DNA of 64,000 nucleotides from Torpedo marmorata (taxonomy: Eukaryota), in assembly GCA_977017645.1 (NCBI GenBank), contig OZ360226.1:40486001-40550000 (forward strand), given 5' to 3'. Shown here in pieces: positions 39,479 through 50,784 of this stretch. Under the pieces are notes generated by a model. It was not told the DNA's origin and ran no database searches. It saw only the letters and a program-made list of their open reading frames with translations. The position numbers and the translations under genes are program-made. Each line of letters starts with the position of its first letter. The stretch's first letter is position 1.

Positions 39479-42400
39479 TTTTTTTTTTTTTTACTTTTAA
39501 ATCACAAAATACATAGAATAAAATATAAAATTGTCAAAATACATGTGATATATATTCACCCCCCCTCCCTCCCCTCCCTAACCCCCCCATCCCCACTAAT
39601 CTAATAGTAAAGTAACAGTAAAAACAAAAATAGAAAAAAAAAAGAAAGAAAGGAAAAGATAGAGTAAGGGGAATATCATCTATAAACTAATTCTATTACG
39701 GAGGTCAAGTTTGCCAGTAGATCCGATATCTAGAGATCTTCAAATCCTTAAACCCACAGCTCTCATATATGGGCTCCAAATTTTCAAAAAGAAATGATAT
39801 TTATTACATAGGTTATAAGTAATTTTTTCCAGTGGTATACACGAACGGAGTTCTGCATGCCATCTTTCTAATCCTAAATCTAAATCAGATTTCCAAGTAA
39901 TAGCAATGCATTTTTTTGAAACTGCTAAAGCAATTCGTAAAAATTCTACTTGAAACATATTCAACTTCTTTTTAATACTAAATTTTCTAATACCTCCAAA
40001 TAAGAATAACATAGGATCCATTGGAAATGTAATATTAAATACTTTATCTAAAAAATTTTTTACTTTCAACCAAAAATCTTGAATCTTTGGACAAAACCAT
40101 GTCGAGTGTACAAAAGAACCTTCCTCATTATTACATCTAAAACATAAACCTTATAATGTCGGATTAAATTTCTTTAATTTTTTAGGTGTTAAATATAATT
40201 GATGAAAAAAATTATATTGTACTAATCTATATCTAACATTAATAATCTTCGTCATACTTAATTTACATAATTCTTTCCAGTGATTCTCATCTATTCGTAT
40301 ATTCAAATCTAATTCCCACTTTAATCTTGATTTATGAATTCCTACTTTAGGCATTCTCCTCTGAAACAATTTATACATTTGAGAAATAAATTTATTAACT
40401 TCTCCATTAGTAACTAATAATTCTAATTCATTTTGTCTTGGTAAAATCAAAGCATGACCTAATTTCTCGATTAAGAAAGTTTTAACTTGATAATAAGCTA
40501 AAAATGTATTATCTAATATATTAAATTTATCTTTCATTCTTTGAAATGTGATAAATCTTCCAGCTTCAAAACAATCATTAATCTTCTTAATACCTTTTTG
40601 AAACCAAATTTTAAATAATTGATTATTAATAGTAAATGGAATAAGTCCATTTTGATATAAAGGCATATTTGAAGAAATTAATCCTCTTCCACCTATCTCT
40701 TTATCCAACTTACCCCATATTTCTAACAAATGTTTAATAATCGGTGAATTTTTCTTTTTTACTGATATTAATTTAGAATCCCATTTATAAATAATCTCTT
40801 CTTTAAAGTTTTCTTCTATATTATTTAATTCTATTTTAATCCAAGCCGAAGTTTTATTTGATTCGAAAAATTCATTAACAAATTTTAATTGAGCTGCTTT
40901 ATAATAATTTTGAAAATTAGGAAGTTGCAATCCCCCCAATTCATAATTCCAAGTTAACTTTTCCATACTTACTCTTGCTAACTTTCCTTTCCACAAAAAT
41001 TTCCTAACAATAAAATTTAAATCTTTAAAAAATTTTTGAGGAATTCCAAAAGGAATTGATTGAAAAAGATATTGAACTCTTGGAAAAATATTCATTTTAA
41101 TACAATTTACCCTTCCCATTAAAGTTATAGGTAAATCTTTCCAATTCTCTAAATCTTTCTTTATTTTCACAAATAATGATAAATAATTTAATTTATATAA
41201 ATTTTCCAATTTTGTATCAACCTTAACCCCTAAATATTTAATTCCCTCTTTAGCCCATTTAAATTGTGTTACTTCTTTACATCTAGTATAATCACCTTGA
41301 GATAAAGCCATTATTTCACGCTTATCTGAATTAATTTTATATCCAGATATTTCACCATATTCTCTTAGTATAACAGATAATTGTTGAAGTGACATAATAG
41401 ATTTTGTCATATATATCAATACATCATCTGCAAACAAACTAATCTTATGTTCTTCCCTACCAACTTTAATACCCACTATTTTAGGATCTTTTCTAACTAA
41501 TTCAGCCAAAGGTTCTATTGCCAAAACAAATAATGCTGGTGATAGGGTACATCCCTGTCTCGTAGATCGTGTCAAAGAAAATTTTGGCGATATTTGTCCA
41601 TTTGTAATCACTTTAGCTGATGGTTCTTTATATATAGTTTTAATCCAATTTATAAATATATTACCAAAACCAAATTTTTCTAATACCTTAAATAAAAAAT
41701 TCCATTCTAATCTATCAAAAGCCTTTTCAGCATCTAATGTTACAACTAATGGTAGATCTTCCTTCTTTTTATGCAAACCAATTAAACTAATTAATCTAGC
41801 TATATTATCCTTTGAATATCTATTTTTAATAAAACCAGCTTGATCTAAGTGTATCAAATCTGGTAGATATTTAGCCATTCTATTTGCTAAAATTTTTGCC
41901 ATTATTTTATAATCTACATTTAATAATGAAATAGGTCTATATGATTCAGTTTTTAATACATCTCTATCTTTCTTTGGTATAACTGTAATTATAGCATTTA
42001 GAAATGTTTTCGGTAATAAATGAGTTTCCGTAATTTGATCTAATACTTCCATATATGGAGGTATTAATAAATCTTTAAATTCTTTATAAAATTCTGATGA
42101 AAACCCATCATCACCCGGAGATTTACCATTCTTCAACGATGAAAAAACTTCAGTGACTTCTCTCATTGTAAAAGGTAAGTCTAAAGAATCTCTACTCCGG
42201 TCATTCAATTTAGGTAATGTAATTTTAGATAAAAATCTATTAATTTTAGAATCATCTTGATCAATCTGTGATCTATATAAATTCTGATAATAATCTTTAA
42301 AAGATTCATTTATCTCTTGAGGTTTATAAGTTATTTCTCCAGTATTCTTCTTCCTTATAGCGTTTATAGTTTTAGAAACTTGTTCTTTTTTCAATTGCCA

Positions 42401-42607
42401 TGCCAAAACCTTATGTGCTCTTTTTCCTAATTCGTAATATCTTTGTTTAGTTTTCTCAATTAATTTTTCCATTTTATATGTTTGCAACAAATTATAATGT
42501 AATTTCTTCCTTGTTAAACAATTTCTTTTTTGAATTGATCTATTTCTCTGTAAATCTTTTTCCATAAGTTCAATCTCCTTCTCTAATTTTTCTGATTCTC
42601 TAAGATA
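39479..42607 (-). mobile_element. Young 5'-truncated L1-clade LINE with near-intact RT and C-terminal ORF2
   Basis: 804-aa ORF 40151-42565 (KSPGDDGF, YRPISLLN, LDAEKAFD, TRQGC, LFADD, YLGV) continues in frame to 39740 after one stop. Perfect 17-bp TSD AAAATTATTATCCTGTT (39462-39478; 42608-42624) and a poly(A) tail. Confidence 0.95.
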
Positions 42608-42715
42608 AAAATTATTATCCTGTTGTTAAAGGCCAGTTAAGCTTTGAGAGATGAAAAACTGAGTGAGGGTGATTAGTTATTGATTGAACATATGACTGCT
42701 TTAATTAAAGGAAAT

Positions 42716-43570
42716 TTAGAATCAGAATTTATTGTCATGAACAAGTCATGAAATTCGGTGTTTTGCGGCAGCATCATAGTGCAAACATTCACATTATTAC
42801 CATCTTACGACATTACTATAAAAAATATGTAATAGTGCACGAAAAGTAAGTCAGTGTCTTTGCTTCACTGATTATTCAGGAATCTGATGGCAGTGGGGAA
42901 GTAGCTGTCCTTGTGCCATTGAGTGCTCGACTATAGGCTCCTGTACCTTTTTCCCGATGGTAGCAGAGTGAAGAGGGCATAGCCTGGGTGGTGGGGGTCT
43001 TTGAGGACAGAGGCTGCTTTTTTAGGACACCAACTCGTGTAGTTGTCCTCGATGGAGTGAAGTCTGGTGCCCGTGATGTCACAGGCCAAGTTAACAACCC
43101 TCTGGAGTTTATTCTTGTCCTGAGAGTTGGCGCCTCCATACCAGGCAGTGATGCAACCAGCCAGAATGCTCTCCATGGTACACCTGTAGAAGTTTATGAG
43201 AGACTTCAGTGACATACCGGATCTCCTCAGACACCTCACAAAGTATAGCCGCTGGCGAGCCTTCTTTGTGATTGCATCAACGTGGAGGCTCCAGGACAGA
43301 TCCTCGGAGATGTTGACACCCAGGAATTTGAAGTTCTTGACCCTTTCCACTACTGAGCCCTCGATGAGGACTGGGTCGTGTTCCCCTGACTTCCTCTTGA
43401 AGTCCACAATCATCTCCTTGGTTTTGCTGACGTTGAGCGCAAGGTTGTTGTCGTTACACCATTCAACGAGCTGATCTATCTCCCTCCTATTCGCTTCCAC
43501 ATTGCCGATTGTGATTCTGCCGACAACTGTGGTGTCATCGGCAAATGTTTAGATGGCATTGGAATTATTC
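42716..43570 (-). mobile_element. Rex1/Babar LINE 3' fragment (young)
   Basis: 189-aa ORF with WCNDNNLALNVSKTKEMIVDF, FKFLGVNISEDLSW and FYRCTMESIL; FADDTT just upstream; tail AATAAATTCTGATTCT. Confidence 0.9.
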
Positions 43571-45439
43571 TGCAAAGGTAGGCAATGCAGCACAAAAACA
43601 CAGGAATAGTAGAGAATGACCCTGATTCATGTCATGTCTTATTGCATGCTCTTTTTCTTTCAAGGTGTTTCATGCTGATCAAATTGTATTTGAAATACAG
43701 TACATTACTCTGATATGTAGAGAAATCAAATTTGTAAAGGGTTTAGAAAACAACTTTAGTGGAACAGAAAGCATGGAAGAAATTAATATCTGAAATATCA
43801 ACAGACTCCTCTTAGCTTTCATGCAGTTGCCCTGGATACATCAGTGCAGTCAGTTCAGCAAACACTTTTATTATTTTTCTTTCAAAAATAAATTTAATTT
43901 ATAGGTGTCTTTCTTTTCATTCATTGTGTCATCAAGTGATGGATTCATCTTGCCATCAAAGTAACATGTACTATTTCAAAGCAGTCATGCGGCTCTGTTT
44001 TCTTAATTCTTGCAGCTTATGTTTCCTTGAGTCATAAAGCCTGTTGGAAAGATCCACTGTGTTTTATGATTTAACTGTCTATGATGATGGTTGGTAATAA
44101 TATTTGAGGACTAACAGAAGGGGTTAAAGTATTTAAATAGCACCTCTCAAATTGTTTTACCTTTTAGGAAAAAATATCACTTCAGTTTGCACTTCGTTTC
44201 TTCAGACAGCTGAACAGTCAATGAAGTTGCTGTGATGATTTTGATTATTGTCTGAGAGGCCAAGGGAGAGCTTCCCTACTTTCTTTAAAATGCAGAAGGA
44301 TTATTTTATATTCATAATTGAAATCCTCCAGTGGAATTGCATTGGTAGCATCAGAAATTTGAACCCACAACCTACTGACTCAGAGGTTACACAGAGCTAC
44401 AGCTTATAGGTGGTCAAACCAGTCTTTTACTCATAAACCAAACAGAAGAGGTGTCAATTCAGCAAACATTGCTGAGTTGACTAATTTCTCAGTTCAATTA
44501 AACAATTCGGGATTGTAGGAATCTTGCAGCTTTTAGTAAAGAGAACTGACACCAACTCCGAACTAATCTACAAGCATAGCATTGGATGGTTCCTCTTTGA
44601 ATGGCATTGAAAATAATTTTTGAATGAAATACTTGTACATGGTGATTGGATTTTTGGTGGTTAATACAATAGTGCTGAATAGGGTAAGTATATGAGTATT
44701 TCACTGTTGCTAAAACAATGTAAAATTTGTGATTTTTTAGTGTGCTGATAAACAGTTTATAAAAGGTGGTTTCAGCAGGTTGCAGATTATTTTTACTGTC
44801 ATGTTGCTGTTTTGTTTGCTGTGCCGGTAAAAACTAGAACTGCTTACTGTCATTTCAAGGAAGAATCCTCTCAAGTATTGGGTCATTTGCCTTACAAAAT
44901 GGAGGCTATTCTGTACACAAGCTAAATATTCTTTGTTCCTGCTGCAGAATAAATACTGCAGTGTCCACCCCCACACAATGTCTCCAGATACATTTATATT
45001 GCATAGCCTTTCACAGGTAAAATGAATTGCAGAGTCTCTGGTTTGCACATGCTGGAACACTGACTGCAATTCTAGCTGATTTATTCTCTGGAGGGACTTT
45101 TTTATTTAAAATGAGTTTCTCCTTGTCTGTTGACTACATAAAGGAAGAATTAAATTTGATGTTTGGAGCAGTTTTATCTTTACTCTCTAACACCATGTGA
45201 GAAAGGTAGTGATGGCCTGCATGTCTTGCCCATCCCTACTTGGCGTTGAGAAGGTGGTGGTGAGCACCTTTTCCTACAATGTGTTGATGGTGCTCCCACT
45301 ATGCTGAGCCGTAGTGTGTTTATTTATAAACCGATGACTTAATCTGAACCTGCCGTATGCAGTTGGGTCTCCTTGGTACATGGAGCCAGGTCTTAATCCC
45401 CAGGGCTGACACAAGAGGCTGCAGATGCTGGAATCTAAA

Positions 45440-45628
45440 GCCCAACACCATCTGCTGGAGGAACTTAGTGGGTCAAGCTACATTAATGGGAGAAAAAGAA
45501 TGGTCGATATTTTGAGCCAAAACTCTTGATCAGGACTGATGAAGAGTGGTGGCTCAAAACATAACCATTTATTTTCTCCCACTGATGCTAGTTGATCTGC
45601 AGAGTTCATCTAGCAGATGGTGTTAGGC
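45440..45628. repeat. Palindromic repeat made of two inverted Penelope pLTR-like arms
   Basis: Imperfect arms of about 95 bp around TCAG-GA-CTGA (centre 45534-45535). Each arm begins with a degenerate hammerhead core. Confidence 0.7.
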
Positions 45629-45859
45629 AGGACTGATGCAGGAGTTCAAGTACCACAACAATAACTGAAGAATTCAGTTTCAAATCATGATATAATGTTG
45701 GATTGGTATTAACCAAGTGATTACCAGCTAGCTAGATGAAGGGAGATAGATGATAGAGTGGTTTGTGGATTCCAAAACTGTCCATGAATTAGCCCATCAT
45801 TTCTCCATGGCACTTAAACTTGGCATCTTAGGAAGTCATTGACAAACTGGACATTCAGA

Positions 45860-46105
45860 CGGCAAAGTGGTGCGGTTAGCAGAGCCAATGCCATGTGGAG
45901 TCAGAGACCAGAGTTCATTGTGACCTTGGCTGCTGTCTGTGTGAAGCTTGCCTGTTCTCCCCATAACCATATGAATTTCCTCCAGGTGCTCCGGTTTCCT
46001 TCCCCATCCCAACGACATGTGGGTTGGTCAGCAAATTGGTAACTGTAAATTGACCCTAGTGTGTCGGTTGAATGGAAGAATCTATGGGGAGTTGACAATA
46101 ATGTG
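45860..46105 (+). mobile_element. V-SINE (HE1-like)
   Basis: V-domain GTCTGTGTGAAGCTTGCCTGTTCTCCC...TTTCCTCCAGGTGCTCCGGTTTCCTTCCC after a tRNA-like head. Confidence 0.75.
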
Positions 46106-46106
46106 A

Positions 46107-46830
46107 AGGTCAAAGGTTACTTTTATTGTCACGTAATAATGCAATTAAAAATGTTATAAACATGATATACTTCAACTTTTGTCTGCCATAAGACAAAGAT
46201 TTGCCATGAGCATTGCCCGGCACCCCAAACAATAGGAGAAAGGGAAGCAAAAGAGAGTCCCTTCAGAGACACTGAGTGTCCATGGATTCACCTCCAATGC
46301 TCCCGCAGCCTCTGCAGCCACACAGACTCCAGTTCAAACCATCAGCAACCTGAGCTCCAGATCCAAACCTCTGATACAATCAGGAAACCTTCAGCGTCCG
46401 GGGCCCTTCGGGAGTCCTTTTTGCCCTCAGCACTCCCATGCACCTGCACCCTATGTGGGTCCTTAAGCTGCTGAGCCCTCACTGGTCTGCTGCCGTGGTC
46501 ACCATCCTGTAGGTCGTCTCCTATGCCTCTTCTTCTCAACGGGGAGTATTCTTCCCATTTTTGGTGCCCTGCTCTGCTCCGCTGCTCCCGCAGAATCGGC
46601 AACCTCTCATGGTACGCTGCCCAGCACAGGCACCGTCATCTTATGGACAGACCCCGTGGATGCAGGAGTTTAAAAAGAACCACTGCCGTTTGAAGCCTGT
46701 ATGGAGCTGTCATCATTAGGACTGGGTGGTAGAACCCTACGGAGCAGTGGTGGGTCTCACTCCCGCTGTCTCGCATCCAGACCAGTGGCAGCGCTGCCGT
46801 TACAGCAGCTCTGGCAGTGCCACCATTTTT
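46107..46830 (-). mobile_element. Non-coding retroelement with a Rex1-like tail (non-autonomous, SINE-like)
   Basis: The minus strand ends GTGACAATAAAAGTAACCTTTGACCT, like the Rex1 tails in this window. It has a GC-rich 5' part starting AAAATGGTGGC and no RT similarity. Confidence 0.45.
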
Positions 46831-47809
46831 AGTGTAGATTTATTTAATGGTGTGGACTTGGTTGGGTTGAAGTGATTGTTTCTGTGCTGTATCACTCTGT
46901 GACTGCATGGCTCCAACCTTAGAAATACCCAGTTGCTGTAAAGAACAAAAAAATCCTTTGTAGGGCAAAGAAAACCAGTGTCCCATTACACTGTGATTGA
47001 TTCTGAAATAAATGGACAAGTGTAAATCTGAGAGCAAAAGGGTAGGGAGAAGTAATGGTGGCCTAGTGAAGTCATCATCTGTGGGGGAATACTTAAAAAG
47101 AAAGCTAAATACAGACCGGTATATAAAATGACAATCTAAAATATTGTGCATTATTAACTCTGGCCCATTGCATTTTAGTCAGATAAATGTCAATACAGTA
47201 AAACCCCTGGTATCCGGCACCCAACGCGACGGCCGCCGACCCAACCCTGGACCCCGGCCGCCGACTCACCGAAGCTCCCGACGCCGCAGCCGCCTGCTCC
47301 TACCCGCGCCCCGGGCGCCGACACGACGGTACTCCCGACGCTAGAGCCGCCCACCCCAGCCCGGACCCCGAGCCTCTACTCACCAGAATTCCCGATGCCT
47401 CCACCGCCGACTCCCGACACAGACTGTTACCTGCTGGAGCCTCCCACGCTAACTGCCACTGGAGTCCTCATCTTGCAACAAGATCCCACTTACCTATCCC
47501 CCTCACTACTCCTTCCCTCTCCTCCTGCACCTCTCCCTACTCCACCCCCATCTCCCCCTCTCTGCCCCACTCTCCTCCCCAACCCTCAGACCTCATCCCT
47601 TCCTTTCCCTCCATCCCGCCCCCTCTCTCTGGCTACCCTCCCTACCCCCCTCTCCCACCCTCCTACCTCCCCTACCCCCACCTCCCCCCTCCGACCCCCC
47701 CTCCCCCTCCCTCCAACCTCCCCCACCCTCCACCTCCCCCCTCTGACCTCCCCAACCCTCCCCCTCCCCCAACACCCTCCACAACACCGATCCCCACTCT
47801 AACCCCTGC

Positions 47810-49990
47810 TTGGTTTTTACTATCCCCTCCGACCTTCCCCTCTCTGAGACGGAGCGCTCCATCCTCAGTAGAGGCCTCACCTTCGTCCCCCTCCGCCAAC
47901 ACCTCAACGAGTTCCGCGCACGCCATGATGCCGAACTCTTCTTCCGTCGCCTCCGCCTCCGTGCTCACTTCCATGACCGTGATTCTCCACCCCCCACCCA
48001 AGACCCTTTCTCCAACTTCAAGCCTTCTTCCTCTTCCTGGACACCCCGCCCTGGCCAGCTGCCCGCTCTGGACCTTTTTATTTCCAACTGCCGCCGAGAC
48101 ATCAACCGTCTCAACTTCACCACCCCCCTCTCGTATTCCAACCTCACCTCCTCAGAACGCTCCGCCCTCTACTCTCTCCGCAACAATCCCAACCTCACCA
48201 TCAAACCCGCAGACAAGGGCGGTGCGGTTGTGGTCTGGCGCACTGACCTCTACCTTGCAGAGGCCAGTCGACAACTCTCAGACAGCTCCTCCTACCGACC
48301 CCTCCCACAGGACCCCACCACAGCACATCAAGCCACTGTCTCCAACACCATCTCCGACCTCATCACCTACGGTCACCTCCCCTCCACGGCCACCAACCTC
48401 ATTCTCCCCCACCCCCGCACTGCCCGTTTCTACCTTCTACCCAAGATACACAAACCCAACCATCTGGGCAGACCCATTGTTTCTGCCTGCTCCTGCCCCA
48501 CCGAACTAGTTTCATCTTACCTTGACTCCATCTTTTCTCCCCTGGTCCAATCCCTCCCCACCTACATCCGCGACACCTCACATGCCCTCCATCTCCTCAA
48601 TGACTTCAGATTCCCTGAACCGGACCGCATCATCTTCACCATGGATGTCCAATCCCTTTATACCTCTATCCCCCACACAGAAGGTCTGAAAGCACTTCGC
48701 TTCTTCCTGGACCAAAGACCCGACCAGTCACCCTCTACCACCACCCTCCTCCGCCTGGCAGAACTTGTCCTCACTCTCAATAACTTCTCCTTCAACTCAT
48801 CCCACTTCCTCCAAATCAAAGGAGTAGCCATGGGTACCCGCATGGGTCCCAGCTACGCCTGCCTGTTTGTGGGCTTTGTGGAGCAATCCATGCTGCAAGC
48901 CTACACAGGCAAGACCCCTCATCTCTTCCTCCGGTATATCGACGACTACATCGGGGCTGCCTCATGCACCCACGATGAGCTTGTCAACTTCATCCACTTC
49001 GCTTGCAACTTTCACCACGATCTCAAACTCACCTGGTCCATCTCCGATAACACTCTCCCCTTCCTGGATCTCTCTGTCTCCATCTCGGGAGACAAGCTTT
49101 CCACCGACATTTACTACAAACCCTCCAACTCCCACAACTATCTGGACTACACATCCTCACACCCTGTCCCCTGCAAGGACTCCATCCCCTTCTCTCAATT
49201 TCTCCGCCTCCGCCGCATCTGTTCCCAAGATGAGGTGTTCCACTCCAGATCTTCTGAAATATCTGCCTTTTTCCACAAACGTGGCTTCCCCTCCACCACC
49301 ATCAACTCAGCCCTCACCCGCATCTCCTCCATTTCCCGCTCATCTGCCCTGGCCCCCTCTGCCCCCAGACGCAACAAACATAGAATACCCCTCATCCTCA
49401 CCTACCACCCCACCAGCCTCCGCATCCAACACATTATCCGCCGGAATTTCCGGCACTTGCTGCAGGATCCCACCACCAGACACATTTTTCCTTCTCCTCC
49501 CCTCTCGGCCTTTCGTAGGGACCGCTCCCTACGTGATTCACTCGTGCACTCGTCCCTCCCCACCCATCGCACGCCCGGAACCTTCCCCTGTGCCCGCAGG
49601 AGGTGCAACACCTGCGCCCACACCTCCCCCCTCACCACGGTCCAGGGCCCCAAACAGGCCTTCCAAGTGAAACTACACTTCACTTGTACATCCAGAGGAC
49701 TTATTTACTGCATCCGGTGCTCCCTTTGTGGCTTTCTTTACATTGGAGAGACCGGTCGTAGATTGGGAGACCGCTTTGCTGAGCACCTCCTCTCCGTCCG
49801 CAACAACAGCGACCTCCCAGTAGCCAACCATTTCAATTCTGGGTCACACTCCCACACTCACATGTCTGTCTATGGCCTCATGTACTATCCCACCCAGACT
49901 ACCCGCAAATTGGAGGAACAACATCTCATATTCCGTCTCGGCACTCTCCAGCCAGATGGAATTAACATTGACTTTTCTGCTTTCCACTAA
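47810..49990 (+). CDS. Penelope-like reverse transcriptase with C-terminal GIY-YIG endonuclease
   Basis: PLE RT motifs (KPADKGGAVVV, LPKIHK, GRPIVS, MDVQSLYT, GVAMG, YIDD, FLDL), Cys linker CARRRCNTC and GLIYCIRCSLCGFLYIGETGRRL..RFAEH. Uninterrupted for 726 codons. The true start is not defined (no nearby ATG). Confidence 0.93.
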   Translation: MVFTIPSDLPLSETERSILSRGLTFVPLRQHLNEFRARHDAELFFRRLRLRAHFHDRDSPPPTQDPFSNFKPSSSSWTPRPGQLPALDLFISNCRRDINRLNFTTPLSYSNLTSSERSALYSLRNNPNLTIKPADKGGAVVVWRTDLYLAEASRQLSDSSSYRPLPQDPTTAHQATVSNTISDLITYGHLPSTATNLILPHPRTARFYLLPKIHKPNHLGRPIVSACSCPTELVSSYLDSIFSPLVQSLPTYIRDTSHALHLLNDFRFPEPDRIIFTMDVQSLYTSIPHTEGLKALRFFLDQRPDQSPSTTTLLRLAELVLTLNNFSFNSSHFLQIKGVAMGTRMGPSYACLFVGFVEQSMLQAYTGKTPHLFLRYIDDYIGAASCTHDELVNFIHFACNFHHDLKLTWSISDNTLPFLDLSVSISGDKLSTDIYYKPSNSHNYLDYTSSHPVPCKDSIPFSQFLRLRRICSQDEVFHSRSSEISAFFHKRGFPSTTINSALTRISSISRSSALAPSAPRRNKHRIPLILTYHPTSLRIQHIIRRNFRHLLQDPTTRHIFPSPPLSAFRRDRSLRDSLVHSSLPTHRTPGTFPCARRRCNTCAHTSPLTTVQGPKQAFQVKLHFTCTSRGLIYCIRCSLCGFLYIGETGRRLGDRFAEHLLSVRNNSDLPVANHFNSGSHSHTHMSVYGLMYYPTQTTRKLEEQHLIFRLGTLQPDGINIDFSAFH

Positions 49991-50175
49991 ACCTGCTTGT
50001 TGTTCCTTTCCCCTCCCCCCTCACCTGTCCTTCCTGTTTTTTTCCACCCACCCAGCCATCCCTCCTCCCCCTCTTTGCTGCTGTCCCCTCCCTCCTTTCT
50101 CCACCTATCATCTCCTGCCTTTGCCACCCCCCTTCCCCCCTCACTCCTTTGTTCGGACACCTGCCGGCATTTTCT

Positions 50176-50216
50176 CATACTTTGATGAAGGGCTCAAGCC
50201 CGAAACGTCGGTTATG
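50176..50216 (+). ncRNA. Minimal type I hammerhead ribozyme motif (Penelope-associated)
   Basis: CATACT-TTGATGA-A-GGGC TCAA GCCC-GAAA-CG-TC/GGTTATG. Helix I has one bulge, helix II is 4 bp, and helix III is reduced to the ACGT palindrome. Predicted cut after 50209. Confidence 0.72.
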
Positions 50217-50784
50217 TATTTCTACCTTTGCTACATAAAAGACACTGTTTGACCTGCTGAGTTCTCCAGCTTTTGTGTTTTTTACTTTAACCACGGTGTC
50301 TACAGATTTTCGTGTTTACCTATGGGTATTGGTGGATGCCGGATAATTGAATTTTCCGGTTGCTTGAGATTGCATGTTGTGTGATTGGCAAATTAACCAC
50401 TATGGGCGCCAATTTTAAACTTCGTATTTTTTACCTATTTATTTTCTGAGATTTTTTTGCCAGTTGCTTGAGGCTGACGGTTGCTTGAATTCCAGTTAAC
50501 GGGGATTTTACTGTATTTGGTGAAGCTGTTCAATTAATGCTTGTGAAGATACAAGAAATTGCTGATGCTGGAATCTGGAGCAAAAGAAAATGAACTGCTG
50601 GTGGAACTCAATGGGTCAGGCAGCATCAGTGGAGGGAAGTGGACAGTCACTCTTTTAGGTTGACTCAAAGTGTCAACTTCATTTCCCTCAAGAGATTATG
50701 CTCGACCCCACCCCCCCAAGATCCTCTGGCATCTTATGTTTTGCAATTGATCTTTCTAACTGCCTCTCTCAGCTTCTGATGTAT

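Larger units (their letters stand above)
47222..50318 (+). mobile_element. Penelope-like retroelement (Neptune-type), 5'-truncated
   Basis: Carries the RT-GIY-YIG ORF, a C-rich 3'UTR and a hammerhead-containing terminal repeat. A second copy of its 3' end is at 23945-24349. Confidence 0.92.
47196..50513. mobile_element. Tigger/pogo-type MITE (47196-47221 plus 50318-50513) interrupted by the Penelope element
   Basis: TA-CAGTAAAACCCC...GGGGATTTTACTG-TA termini with TA TSD. The internal inverted repeat TATCCGGCA/TGCCGGATA is rejoined when the insert is removed. Confidence 0.8.

Noticed and set aside
47744-47746. In-frame TGA upstream of the Penelope RT as possible selenocysteine (as in Naiad elements)
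   Set aside because: It lies in a low-complexity Pro tract rather than at a Cys position. The same frame also has TAA at 47450, and the endonuclease is C-terminal, unlike Naiads.
47593-49683. Gly/Arg-rich antisense ORFs and Pro/Ser-rich alternative-frame ORFs in the Penelope element
   Set aside because: By-products of extreme C-rich strand skew.
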